A stretch of DNA of 64,000 bases from Octopus sinensis (taxonomy: Eukaryota), in assembly GCF_006345805.1 (NCBI RefSeq), contig NC_043004.1, forward strand, positions 41,292,001-41,356,000. Direction: 5' to 3'. Below the pieces are notes generated by a model. It was not told the origin of the DNA, did not search any database, and saw only the letters and a program-made list of their open reading frames with translations. This document shows positions 1 to 12,457 of the stretch, one piece after another. Each line of letters begins with the position of its first letter. Position 1 is the stretch's first letter. The translations under genes and the position numbers were made by a program.

Positions 1-204
1 CAGCTGAATACACGTCACTGATTGGTTGAAATTACCGAAATACGAGAACTTTAACGTGAAATAACTTCGTAAATATAAGTTTTTCTCAAAAATGCCAAGA
101 GTAAAATATGTTTTTTATGACACATTCTACCAGTGTCTGAAATTTGAAAGTGTTTAGTCACAAAAAATTATTTTTAAAATCTGTAAGTCAAAAGGTAAAG
201 ATCC
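1..204. mobile_element. Diverged terminal part of a GGATC-TIR MITE relative, cut by the window edge
   Basis: Resembles the right arm of copy 3417-3839 (gtcactgattggttgaaatt...acacattctaccagt...aaaggtaaagatcc). Confidence 0.7.
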
Positions 205-434
205 CCCATTTTATCCTGGTGAGCCCTTATATCCATTCGATGTTTATAAATGAGTTTTATAGATACTTCTTTCGAAATTCCTATTTTGTTTATTCACACA
301 TTAACTTGAGAAGGTCAGAGAAAGAAATTTAGCTATTACTTGCAATAACTACATCTAAACCAAAACTTTTTTTCACAGACCCTTAAAATACAGTTGTGGG
401 TCCTCAATTTACTATTTTGCTAGCGTGGACCCCA

Positions 435-992
435 CGGTCATTCGGAATGCTCACAGCAGCCATATTCCTACCGCTCTATGTCACGCTGTTGAGACCCATA
501 TTGGAGTACGGGATTCAAGCCTCTTCTCCTTATCTCCTCAAAGACATACATCATCTCGAAAGAGTCCAGAAGCTGGCTACCCGCATGGTTCTTGGTCTCA
601 AGCATTTGTCTTATGAAGAAAGGCTGAAGACGCTCGACTTTTATTCTCTTGAAAAACGCCGCCGCCGTAGTGATCTCATTCTTGCTCACAACATCATAAG
701 CGGAAAGTGTAACCTCTCGAAAGAGCTGTTCTTCACTTCTGCTCCAGAGCGTGGGATGCGGGGTCACTCCGAAAAGCTCTATCTGCGACGATTTCATCTC
801 AATCGAAGGAGAGGGGCTTTCTCCATCCGGGTTGCCAGATGAGATAGTGAAGATGCCGACGACCGCTCGGTTCAAATGACCAGAAATGACCTGAACTCTT
901 TGCATGAACACCCTCCCTGTACATAACTCCATGTCCCCCTACATGGCCTTGCTTTTTGCTTTTTGAGCCAAAAAATTAACTTTACTTAACTT
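435..992 (+). mobile_element. CR1-clade LINE 3' fragment (C-terminus of the RT ORF plus tail)
   Basis: ORF 396-842 reads LY..LLRPILEY...SPY..KDI..LERVQK.ATR...L..LSYEERL..L...SLE.RR.RSDLI...RGH..KL, typical of CR1 ORF2; short ttaac/tttac tail near 975-992. Confidence 0.88.
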
Positions 993-1561
993 ATAATCTT
1001 ATATGCCCCCTCGGGGATCATGTGGATTCTAGTTGAGAATCACTGCTTTAGATGATGTGTACTCATAACACGTGATTCATCCGTGTAAGTTTATATCAAT
1101 TAGGGACTCAATCCTCGTATTTCTTGCAGGAATAAACTTAATCCTTGGCCCTTATTTATTGTTGAGTGGACTACGTGACTATTGAGAATCTTGCCAAATG
1201 AACAGACTGCAGCAACAATGGTAGCATGCGAACTACCGACCTTTTATGCCCGGCAATTGGACACTACCATCATAACAATCATCAAAACAATTTCAACCAG
1301 ATAACGAACCAACAAATCTTTACGTGGTCGTTCGACCTGCAAGAAATAACAACTAAATCTCACTCAAATCACCGTCAACCGTCTTAAGGTGACGTTAGAT
1401 AATATAGTCAGAAGGGAGTAACTTCGGTATAAGTACTGGAAGTACCGGATACATTTCAAGAAAGTGTTATTTTTATATATGAGGGGTTAGGGTTAGGGGT
1501 GGGAGAAAAGGGTTTCTGTTATCTTCAGAAATGTAAACAAAGCCACGTGTGTACTTATACC

Positions 1562-1746
1562 TGTTTCTTTATTACCCACAAGGGGCTAAACATAGAGGGG
1601 ACAAACAATGACAGACAAACGGACTAAGTCGATTACATCGACCCCAGTGCATAACTGGTACTTAATTTATCGACCCGAAAGGATGAAAGGCAAAGTCGAC
1701 CTCGGCAGAATTTGAACTCAGAATTTGAACTCAGAATTTGAACTCA
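1562..1746 (-). mobile_element. tRNA-derived SINE family X (Tx1-like tail), 5'-truncated, between 58-bp direct repeats
   Basis: Reverse complement matches copy 9374-9606; identical 58-mer at 1504-1561 and 1746-1803; B-box 13-mer triplicated at 1708-1746. Confidence 0.9.
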
Positions 1747-2045
1747 GAAAAGGGTTTCTGTTATCTTCAGAAATGTAAACAAAGCCACGTGTGTACTTAT
1801 ACCGAAGGATCGCAGTCAGAAACATACAATGCCTGGAAAAAAAAAAAAAACGGGGTAGGCACGGCCGGAAAACTTTTCCTCATAGGTTCCGCTAGATAGT
1901 GCTGATCTGGCGCTAAATAACAACTCACCCAGCTGTTATTCATAAATAAAATGGCTTGAAGACCCAGCTATGTGCTGAGAGAATAGAACTTTATCAGTGA
2001 ATAAACAGCGAATAAACAACTGCTATGAACGGTTTTGCTACATCA

Positions 2046-2102
2046 CTGTGTGTGTGTGTGTATGTGTATGTGTGTGTGTGTTGTGTGTGTGTGTGTGTGG
2101 TG

Positions 2103-2147
<45 letters not shown>

Positions 2148-2165
2148 CTGTACTACACACACGCA
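2046..2165. repeat. (TG)n microsatellite
   Basis: Visible imperfect dinucleotide run. Confidence 0.95.
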
Positions 2166-2885
2166 CACGTAAATATATTTATATCGCAAATATCTTGCAC
2201 AATGTTATACTGTATCAACAGCTCTGACGTCAAACTAAGATTTGCTTAAAAACAGAAGATGAAAACCGACTTCAATTACAAAATTCGACGATACTCTCTC
2301 TCACACACACTCACTCACACTGCCCCCACCTTCACATTATATATATATATATATGTATGTATGTATGTATGTATGGTGTTTGTAATGTGTGTGTCCTGTG
2401 GTGGAGTCTTATTTCTTAGAGACCGCCTCTTTTATTAAAGAAATAAGAAATAAAAAAGAAATAAACAGTGAGGATGTGAAGACTTACATCATTCTCCATT
2501 TCCCGATAGTTTTCCTTTGGTGTAATGGGGAGAGGGAGAGTGTTGTCCTTCCTTATCTCTGAGAAATGAGGATTGAATTTTTACTAGAATTCCAAAAAGT
2601 GTATGTTGTTTCTTGGCTTGTAAATTGAACAAAGAGGCCATTGAATAAACCGGAGATGTAAATGTTGGCTGACTAAAGCCTATTTGTCTGTCTGTCTGTC
2701 TATCATCTATCTATCTATCTATCTTTTTTTTTTTTTTAAATCCTCCCCTTTTTTTGTCCTCTTTCTTTCCTTTTACGATCCCTTTTGATCGAAAACCAAC
2801 CCCCTCTTTTTTACCCCCAAAAGAAAAGCTCTACCTTGTAATTTGTTCTGTCTGTGTGCAGCCCTGTGTGGCTAATAAAGAAACA

Positions 2886-2919
<34 letters not shown>

Positions 2920-2989
2920 CCTACCTACCTACCTACCTACCTACCTACCGATGTGTATTTATATTACATGATGATTAATAAGATGATTA

Positions 2990-3215
2990 ATGATGATGAA
3001 GGTAATTCTTCGTGTCCGAAGACAATGAGCAAGAGCGGCAAACCCTTAAGTGGCTATGTAAGCCAATCCCTCAATGACAAACTCTGGGGGCACTTGGAGC
3101 AAATATGTAGGCTTTGATTAGGTGGCATTCGTGACTATGCCTCTTTCCGTGATTTGAGAGAAATTGGCCTGCATTTGTGGTAGATGAAATGATTACGTAG
3201 AGATTTCTTTCATTC
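2990..3215 (-). mobile_element. Decayed RTE/BovB-like LINE 3' end
   Basis: Minus strand, allowing a frameshift, gives CSKCPRVC..RIGLHSHLRVC (RTE C-terminal zinc-finger-like motif), followed by a (cat)n tail. Confidence 0.65.
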
Positions 3216-3319
3216 ACAATTTTCTAAACACCAGCCTGTGTCACTGCCAAAACACTAACTTTATGATAGCCTGCAAGCTCGTGATAGTGTGTGTGTGTGT
3301 GTGGTGTGTGTGTGTGTGT

Positions 3320-3365
<46 letters not shown>

Positions 3366-3416
3366 CGTGCGTAGGCCAGAGCAACTGCGACAGATGAGTG
3401 CCAAAATAGGAAAGAG

Positions 3417-3839
3417 GGATCTTTTCGGTTTGAACGGCAGTTTTTTCTAGCGATGTCATATGAAATTGTCACCCATAATTATGACCCTAGTATCGATCTA
3501 TTGCATTTCAATCTGTTTTAGGGTTAGGGTTAGGGTGGGGGTGGGGGAAGGGTATCTTTTTTTTCTTCAGAAATGTAAATAAACCCAATCTGTTTCTTAA
3601 ACGAGGGACATATTCATATGGCACAGAATGTTTTTTACCTCAATAGACGTCAGTGATTGGTTTAAATTGCAGAAATTGAAGAAAAAAAACAACAAATATC
3701 TTACAAACTCTAGAATTTTCTCAATAAAGCCAAGAGAAAAAGATGTTTTATAAACACATTCTACCAGTATACGAAGTTTAAAATTTTTTAGTTACCTAGA
3801 AATTATGTTAAAAAACTGCCGTTCAAACCTAAAAGATCC
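3417..3839. mobile_element. GGATC-TIR MITE, short form A (423 bp), Merlin-like
   Basis: ~30-bp TIRs ggatcttttcggtttgaacggcagtttttt / aaaaactgccgttcaaacctaaaagatcc; internal ttaggg repeats; no TSD at this copy. Confidence 0.9.
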
Positions 3840-4384
3840 TTTTATTGTCCTAGAAGGACAAAAGGCGAAATCGACCTCAATGGAATTTGAAGTCGAAACG
3901 TAAAAGCACGCAACTAAATACCACAAGACATTTGTCCATCACCCTAACCCGGTGCTCCACAACCGGTATGCTGCGGCACACTGGCATACCACAAGACGAT
4001 GATAGGTGTGCCGCTGTGTAACCTGAATCTAATTTTTTCCCCTATACCTTTAATTATATTTTAATTCAGGTGTGCCACCAAATTTTGAAACGAATATAAG
4101 TGTACCGCAAGGGAACTAATTCGGCCATTGATTCTTTTTTTTTCAGCATTGGCTGAAGTCCACAAAGATTATGGGCATTGTGGGGACACATTAAAACAGA
4201 TCCTGAAATGGAAAGACGACCACAGTGGAACTTGAGAACGCAAAGGGATGTAACTATACATTGTACTGTAATGCAAGGTCTCCAATTCCGGGACCTCGGG
4301 TTATTTGGGACCAGGCTGCACAGAAAGAATAAACTTTAAAATTGTATTCTATTTTATTGTAGTGACGCTACTGTGGCAGTTTCA

Positions 4385-4520
4385 GCGCGCATGCGCAGAA
4401 TTGGATTACTTCCGGTAGGCCGCCGGAAGTTCCCTCATGCGCATGCGCAGGAACTGCAACCTGAAAGCGTCCCCTAAATCAGTCCTTTTTTGGAAGAGCA
4501 GTCCTAACGGGCGGACGTGA
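4385..4520. promoter_or_regulatory. CpG-rich cluster of NRF1-like (GCGCATGCGC x2) and ETS-like (CCGGAAGT x2) motifs; candidate promoter
   Basis: gcgcatgcgc 4387-4396, acttccgg 4408-4415, ccggaagt 4423-4430, tgcgcatgcgca 4438-4449, in an otherwise CpG-poor window. Confidence 0.4.
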
Positions 4521-5564
4521 CTAATCTTCTCTCGGGGAAAACCCTACGCATTGAGATGCTCTCTTCGAAGCGGGAACGGAGACCGTATCTTCTTGGCTCA
4601 TCCGAGTGAACATTTGTAAACAGTCCTGTGGACTTGGCTGCCGGTTCGCTCTTAAGAAATATATATGTATATATTTTACCTGTGAACCCGAAGAATAATG
4701 TGTTATTTATTGTTATCGAAGACAGCCAGATTTTTGGTTCCTTTTCTTCGACTATTGTATGTGACAAGATAAGACCAGACACCCCTCAAGTGTTCCTGAA
4801 ACTCTCATCTTGTTACATTATAAACTATCGCAGTTTTTGTATTATATATGTAGTATATATTATTATATATATATAATAATTAAATTATACATTATGCACT
4901 TTATTGTTTTGTTATGGCCGCCATCGCCCGGTTCATAGAAAAAAAGATTCTTTTCACTATTTGATATTTTATTAACAACATTTTTACAGAAAAAAGTATA
5001 AACGATCAAATAATTGAGAAAAAAAAAAACCATAACCACCTCACCAAGGAAACAAAGAAAAAGAAAAAAGTGGGGTGGGGGAGGATAGAGGAGAAAGTTA
5101 AGGGTTGTACATCCCAGAACAAATGGCGTGTTTAGCCGCGCCTCGCGGACGTGATTGCAAAGGCAACGCCGCAGAGAAAGGCAACAACACTTGTTGCAAC
5201 AGCCACACCATCTCACGGGGCTCATTTATTAGACGGGTTGAAGTTATCCCGATTGTCCTGCATTAAAGAGGTCGTTAGTGTGAACAATGGTTGGGGACTA
5301 CTGCTGTGAGGCATATCTAGTCCGTCACCATACCATACGTTTTCCGTTCCACACATTCCTTCCAAATAAACGCATGAATATTGCACAGAAATCTTGTAAC
5401 ATATATTAAATGCTAATGCTCCTGTAAATGTGTAGACATTAATCCAGTGGTTCTCAACCGAAGTCCATATGACCCTTGGGGGTCAATACAAGCAAAGCAG
5501 TAAATTAAGGATCCACAGTAGTATTTTTGTGGTACATGAAAACATTTTGCTTCTGTCGTGTATA

Positions 5565-5625
<61 letters not shown>

Positions 5626-5630
<5 letters not shown>

Positions 5631-5781
5631 ATCCAAACAAGAAAACACAACAACGCGAGGACGTGGAACAAATATAGTATTATTGGACGCTCAGGAAAGA
5701 AGGAGGGTTTAACGTTTCGAGCGGAGCTTTTCGTCGGAAACATAGGAGAAGGAAAGATCCAGAGAAGGGAAGACAGAGGAA
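5626..5781 (-). mobile_element. Penelope-like terminal repeat fragment with a hammerhead-like motif
   Basis: Same repeat as 55250-55455 and 56605-56810; minus strand reads gttt-CCGACGA-aaagctccgctc-GAAAC-GTT-aaac. Confidence 0.55.
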
Positions 5782-5804
5782 ATATATATATATATATATT
5801 ATAT

Positions 5805-5853
<49 letters not shown>

Positions 5854-5857
5854 TTGT

Positions 5858-6141
5858 TCCTTCTCGAGCAATAAGGGCCGGTTTCGTGGTTTCCTTGGCG
5901 TGTAGGTTCCCCACCTGGACGGGACGCCGGTCCGTCCCAGGTGAGCTGCAAGGTGCAGGAGGAAACAGTGAGAGAAAGTTGTGGCGAAAGAGTCAGCAGA
6001 AGTTCGCCATTACCTTCTGCCGGAGCCGCGTGGAGCTTAGGTGTTTTCGCTCATAAACACACACATCGCCTGGTCTGAGATTCGAACCCGCAAGCCCTCG
6101 ACCGCCAGTCCGCTGCTCTAACCACTAGGCCATGTGCCTCC
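5858..6141 (-). mobile_element. tRNA-derived SINE, family Z
   Basis: Reverse complement starts ggaggcacatggcctagtggttagagcagc (A box)...gggttcgaatctc (B box); sister copy at 57810-58120. Confidence 0.85.
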
Positions 6142-6154
6142 ACACACACACACA

Positions 6155-6480
6155 CAGGGTGTCCCAAAAGTCACTATACACTTAGATTTTTTTCTATTTC
6201 GTTTCAGGTATCATTTGGAAAGACGTAAGGCCATCAGCATTTGACACTTTATCCTTTGCAGTTTTTGTTAGTGTATCATTCCCTTGCCCATGGCTTGCCA
6301 ATTGACGTTAGAGCAGTGTTGGAAAATTGCTGCCTGGCATGTAGTTTTTCAGTCCCCTACTGAATCGGTAGGCATAATAAAACTCGAGTTTCGGATGCTG
6401 GGGCGGAAATCTGCTCCGGCATATCGTCAGATATTAAGACAAACTCGGAGTTTTATTATGGCAACCGAATAGTTGTCACA
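6155..6480 (+). mobile_element. Tc1/mariner left end with remnant N-terminal HTH
   Basis: cagggtgtcccaaaagtcact TIR-like start; ORF 6284-6472 (LTLEQCWKIAAW..F.S....KLEF...SAP....I.RQ..SF) resembles transposase N-terminal HTH regions. Confidence 0.6.
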
Positions 6481-6492
6481 TATTATATTACA

Positions 6493-6526
<34 letters not shown>

Positions 6527-6528
6527 AA

Positions 6529-6674
6529 CTGTTACTCGGAGTTTAACGGGAATGTGAAACTCTGAGTAACAGCTTTTGTTGAATTTCTGCTGCTTTTAAA
6601 TAAAGCATATTACTCTACCTCTGGTATTTGAGTACTCTTTTTTCCACCTTGTTTCACATTTATGTTTACTCCGG

Positions 6675-6680
<6 letters not shown>
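6529..6680. mobile_element. Penelope-like end fragment with a short inverted duplication
   Basis: ctgttactcggagttt (6529-6544) is inverted relative to aaactctgagtaacag (6557-6572), followed by an aataaa-containing tail. Confidence 0.4.
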
Positions 6681-6755
<75 letters not shown>

Positions 6756-6930
6756 CGCTTGTATAAGTTTCTATCTACCAAATTCTCTCACAAGACATTA
6801 GTCGACCCGGAGTTATATATATTAGTAGATAGAAACTGTGAGGAAGTCAGTCGTGTGTGTGTGTATCTAACCACCGCTTGACAATGGGTACTGGTTTGTT
6901 TACGTCCCTGTATCTTTAACGAGCCGACAA

Positions 6931-6977
<47 letters not shown>

Positions 6978-7545
6978 ATATTTATTACAAGAAACAACTA
7001 GGTTTCTTATGAAGCCACTGAACATGTTCTCTCAGAATGTACAATCGTAAACTTATACAAGTGAACGTGTGAAAAACAAAATAGGAATTTAGAAAGAAGT
7101 ATCTATAAAATTCGTTTTTAAACATCGAATGGCTATGGGAGTGCACCAGGGGTCCATAGGTAAAAAAAAAAAAAAAAGTTGAGAACTACTGCTTTAACGG
7201 GTCATTGATTTACAATCGAAAGCTACGTCGTGAGATAATGAAACGAGCTCAAACTCGGCTAAACCGCAACTAACATAATTACAACCGGATATAATATATG
7301 TACAGAGGAGGTTGAATAAATTAGGGTCATTTATATGGGGTTTTTTTTGAGCACTTCAACCGAAATTTAATTATTATATCATTGCACTCTTTCTTTCTTT
7401 CCTCCACTTCGTTTTCAATGAAAACTACTTATGAGTCAGTGCCTATTCATAACCTCATAGTTAATCATCCGAGCAAATACTGAACTTGTAGTAAAAGTTC
7501 ATATTAAATATGTTCTGTGTGTGTGCGCGCGTGCATGCCTATATA

Positions 7546-7583
<38 letters not shown>

Positions 7584-7745
7584 GTAAAAGTAAAAAAATA
7601 CAAACTGGGACAAGAACGTGAAACAGTTAGAAGACGACACAAAAAACACGGACGGGACATTCGAAGCCCTCAATCTTCAGTATATATATACATACATATA
7701 TATATATACATACATACATATATATACATTCATATATACATTCAT

Positions 7746-7778
<33 letters not shown>

Positions 7779-7811
7779 CATTCATATACATATATATATA
7801 CATTCATATAC

Positions 7812-7842
<31 letters not shown>

Positions 7843-7890
7843 CGCAGAAGACATAGATGCGGGCAGCGGCATCGAACTCCCTTGAATCGA

Positions 7891-8097
7891 ACACAGAGGG
7901 GAAAAACAAGGATAGACAAAGGTATTAAGTCGATTACATCGACCCCAGTGCATAACTGGTATTTAATTTATCAATCCCGAAAGGATGAAAGGCAAAGTCG
8001 ACCTCGGCGGAATTTGAACTCACAACGTAACGGGAGACGAAATACGGCTACGCATTTCGCCCGGCGTGCTAACGTTTCTGCCAGCTCTCCGCCTTAA
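7891..8097 (-). mobile_element. SINE family X, 3' end clipped
   Basis: Reverse complement matches the aaggcggcgagctggcagaaacgttagc... consensus. Confidence 0.88.
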
Positions 8098-8244
8098 ACT
8101 TTCACACAGTTTCTACTACCAAATTCTCTCACAAGACATTAGTCGACCCGCAGCTATAGTATTCAGTTATTGGCAACAATGTGCCAGCGTTGCATTGTTC
8201 CTCTATATCTTTGCATTTCAACGACAGCGAGGTTGAGGCATCAA

Positions 8245-8868
8245 CAATATTGGCTTCAAATTTTGGCACAAGACCAGTAATTTCGGGGGAAGTGGGGTGA
8301 GACGATTACATTGACGCCAATATTTAACTGGCACTTATTTTATCGACCCCGAAAAAATGAAAAGCAAAGTCGACTTCGGCGGAATTTGAACTCAGAACGT
8401 AAAGTCGGAAGAAATGGCTCTAAGCATTTTACCCAGCATGGAAACGATTCTTATTTCTTTATTGCCCACAAGGGGCTAAACACAGAGGGGACAAATAAGG
8501 ACAGACAAAGGGATTAAGTTGATTATATCGACCCCAGTGTGTTACTGGTACTTAATTTATCGACCCCGAAAGGATGAAAAGTAAATCGACCTCGGCGGAA
8601 TTTGAACTCAGAACGTAACAGTAGACGAAATACCTATTTCTTTACTACCCACGAGGGGCTAAACACAGAGAGGACAAACAAGGACAGACAAATGGATTAA
8701 GTCGATTATATCGACCCCAGTGTGTTACTGGTACTTAATTTATCGACCCCGAAAGGACGAAAGGCAAAGTCGACCTCGGCGGAATTTGAACTCAGAACGT
8801 AGCGGCAGACGAAATACCGCTAAACATTTCGCCCGGTGTGCCAACGTTTCTGCCAGCTCGCCGCCTGA
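8245..8868 (-). mobile_element. Head-to-tail SINE array: full X (8635-8868), truncated X (8453-8634), host SINE with alternative tail Y (8245-8452)
   Basis: Three successive gtcgaccycggcggaatttgaactcag cores; junctions gaaata|ggtatt and gaaata|agaatcg on the minus strand. Confidence 0.85.
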
Positions 8869-8960
8869 AGGCATGAAAAATATTGAAAACCCAAAGTGAA
8901 GTTTTCGAACAAAAATACAATGGTCTGTGAGGGAATTTGTTGTACGGAAACTGTTTTGGT

Positions 8961-8988
8961 TTAGCCCCTTGTGGGTAATAAAGAAATA
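8961..8988 (+). mobile_element. 28-bp ultra-truncated SINE X / Tx1 3' tail with a 15-bp TSD
   Basis: ttagccccttgtgggtaataaagaaata flanked by ggaaactgttttggt at 8946-8960 and 8989-9003. Confidence 0.9.
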
Positions 8989-9373
8989 GGAAACTGTTTT
9001 GGTCGGCCCGGGGCTATGGTAGAATACACTTGCCCAAGATGCTTCGCAGTGGAACTGAACTCGAAACCACGTGGTTGCAAAGGAAACTTCTTTACCAAAC
9101 AGCCATGGCCACGCCAAAACTTTTGCAATCTTTAATTCATATATTGTTCGATCTCTTGGAAGTTTCTTCATCTTTTAAATGTTTCTTCACTGATATGAGT
9201 GTGTGTCGTGATTAAACATTAATAGGCGGTCAGAGGAAAGCTAGAGATTGGCTACTAAATGACTATGATAGTTGTATGTATGTGAAGCAGAAGGTGATGT
9301 CTAGAGAAAGAGTTGTAGTTAGCATAGTAAGTTGTGGGGTGGTATGGGTTGTTTGTGGGGTGGTATGGGTTGT

Positions 9374-9606
9374 AAGGCGGCGAGCTGGCAGAAACGTTAG
9401 CACGCCGGGCGAAATGCTTAGCGGTATTTCGTCTGTCGTTACGTTGTGAGTTCAAATTCCGCCGAGGTCGACTTTGCCTTTCATCCTTTCGGGGTCGATA
9501 AATTAAGTACCAGTTACGCACTGGGGTCGATGTAATCGACTTAATACCTACGTCTGTCCTTGTTTGTCCCCTCTATGTTTAGCCCCTTGTGGGTAATAAA
9601 GAAATA
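9374..9606 (+). mobile_element. Full-length tRNA-derived SINE family X
   Basis: A box tggcagaaacgttag, B box gagttcaaattcc; 12-bp TSD ggtatgggttgt at 9362-9373 and 9607-9618. Confidence 0.93.
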
Positions 9607-10242
9607 GGTATGGGTTGTTTGGGAAATAAAATGTTGCGTTATATCATCTTTGCCTCCATCTATGCAAAGATGTCTTGAGTGTCTTGAAGTTATCTGTAAT
9701 TATAGTGTTTGGGAGTGCAACCTGGTGGGACGGCTGATGATTTAGGGGCTATGTGTGTATGTACGTGTTTGTCAACAACCAGCCATTACACATGTACATT
9801 ACGATAATTATGTATTAGAATGAAACCGGTGTGGAATAACATATTATGGAAAAACTTGATTACTTACAAAATAAATTTGTGTACCATTGTTTTTATGACT
9901 CCTGATCAGGCAGAACTAACAGCTACTACCAGGGACTCCGTGAGAAATTTGGAAAAGCGAAACAAAACCATTTTCTGGCCTCGAGGTAGAGGTTGGAGGT
10001 CTCTCAAAATTCAAGGGTCCAGAGCCCTGTTTTTAGGAGGGGCAGAGTAGATAGTCACGGATCTCTCCTTGGCTCCTCGGGTCGCATACTGATGTGCCAG
10101 CTAAACACCCCTCTCGTAGACCCTGGCTCCATCTTACTAGCGAGGTTAGACAAATATGGTTCAATATGTTCAGGTATTTGATGGGGCAGGGATCATAGTT
10201 GTAGTTTTGTCGGCGAAATATCAATTTCTTCTAAAAACATTT

Positions 10243-10448
10243 ACTCTTTTACTTGCTTCAGTCATTTGACTGCGGCCATGCTGGAGCACCGCCTTTAGTC
10301 GAGTAAATCGACCCCGGAACTTATTCTTTGTAAGCCTAGTACTTATTCTATCGGTCTCTCTTGCCGAACCGCTAAGTTACGGGGACGTAAACACAACAGC
10401 ATCGGTTGTCAAGCGATGTTGGGGGGACAAACACACATACATACACAA

Positions 10449-10516
<68 letters not shown>

Positions 10517-10673
10517 GACAGGCTTCTTTCAGTTTCCGTATACCAAATCCACTCACAAGGCTTTGGTCGGCCCGAGGCTATAGTAGAATACACTTGCTCA
10601 AGGTGCCACGCAGTGGGACTGAACCCGAAACTATGTGGTTGGTAAGCAAGCTACTTACCACACAGCCACTCCT
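10243..10673 (-). mobile_element. SINE family W (tRNA-like head, CORE/V-like ccttgggcaag motif, internal (TA)n(TG)n, taaaagag tail)
   Basis: Matches copies at 42296, 47178, 47995 and 51228. Confidence 0.85.
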
Positions 10674-11944
10674 GCAGAGTCTCTGAAATTTCTTAAGTGC
10701 AAAATTTCAGATGCATTCACAATAATATATAACTAACAACAACTCTTCAACGTGTATCGCATGGATACATTAACGTGAGACATTAGAAACACACACAGCA
10801 GGTCCATACAAAACGTAATTACTGTTATATTAGTGGGGATGGCAAAATAACCACTTCCATAAAGTTTTTGAAGTCTACTTCGTAAAAAAAGAAAATAAAT
10901 AAATAAAACAAAAAATCCCACTTAACCTGAACGAATATATTTCCGTCAGGCAAAATCCAAGCTAAATGAATAAGCTATTAAATATACTACATATCTTCAG
11001 GAACTCACAAGAATATGTTATTTAACAACTAGAGCACATATAGCTTCGGGCCGAACAAAACCTTTTGAGTGAAATTTGGTGGGCGGTAAGTCTGTGAGAG
11101 CCAACTGGTAGGATTGTTCTCGTTCAAGTGACATAGACTTAATTCATCTCATTGTTTGACACCGCCATCTCGCACTTAGGTGACTTAGCAGACTTCACTC
11201 TATTGCAATGATTATGTCCAGGTACACAGCTTGAGGATGACTTACTCACTTCCACACACTTGTCTCGGGGGACCCGAAAAGGGTCATGGGCGCTGGTTTT
11301 CCTCCTTTAAGCCAATAAATTTTATTTTTGATTTATAGAACAGTTGACTTCAAACAATCTACATCTGCTTCACAGAGAACCACACCCTAAACTGCACTGT
11401 GGGAACAGTTAAAAACGTACAACCAGGACAAGAGCATGTAATGTACTGGGGAAAGATGAAGAAACTCAGGACTATTTATTAAACGGAATAGAGACACGGA
11501 AAGAACAAGTCAATATTCAGAAATGAGATAAAACATCATTCAAAGATATTGAGGAATTCAAAGATGTAAAAGAATTTTTAACTAAAACACATCACCACAA
11601 AAGAATGTTATCCCGATCTAAAAATCTTTAAGGTGGGTCCCACTTCACATCAGAAAACAAGTTGAGAACGAAATTGATAAACAGTTTTATCTTGATATGA
11701 ATGAAGACGTAACTCGTTTAAAAATGTTGGTATTCCCGTCCCCAACGATTACACATCGCCTCCCTTAAAAAGACGATACATTGCAGTTAGTGTTGATCTT
11801 CAACACGTTAATGAGGTAGTTAAAAGCAAGAAGTAAATTATAAAACAACTAATTTAAAGGAATTTTCAAGATACTCAAAAAAAAAAAAAAAGAACTACAT
11901 CTTGATTCATGCCATGTAAATAACATCCACACCTTTATACCTTA

Positions 11945-12457
11945 CTAGCAGTATCGCCCGGCGTTGCTCGGGTTTGTAAGGGAAATAACTATATAAGCAT
12001 TTTTAGAGAGTTACTTCCCCTATAGATGCCAATTCGGGCTTTCTTAGCCATTTCTGTTTTGGTGTCTTCAAGCCATGAAGTCGTTGTTCTAAAAGAACGC
12101 TGGTCTCCTTGACAACGCTTTACGACGTTGATTTCCTTACACTCCCTTCCCCACAGCTTCACGAGGGAGGGAAGAAGGGGGAGAAGCAAACAGGTGCAGG
12201 TGTGACCATGGACGCCAACTCCGCCGCCATTGACACACGAAAAATTATGCATTAAAATGGAATAAAAAATGATGTTAAATTATTTTTTAAATCGTAGACT
12301 CATCGTAGACGCGCGCTAATACTCAGACGGGCTCGATATGAATCACGACTATAAGATACCCGAATTTGGTCAAACTGCACCGCAAAATGTGGGAGTAGTT
12401 AGGAATCTAAATCGAAGGGGACAGATACTCACACAACTACAGTTTTATATATATAGA
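11945..12457 (-). mobile_element. Non-autonomous Helitron
   Basis: Minus strand begins a|TCtatatatataa and ends ccgagcaacgccggg-cgatactg-CTAG|t; no TSD; related copy at 58367-58750. Confidence 0.8.

Noticed and set aside
3500-3545. TTAGGG runs as true telomere or chromosome-fusion relics
   Set aside because: Only 1-4 units, always at the same position inside the MITE.
6772-8150. Shared variant 32-mer (accaaattctctcacaagacattagtcgaccc) at ~6778 and ~8118
   Set aside because: Part of SINE family W; a small local duplication or subfamily variant with no further structure.
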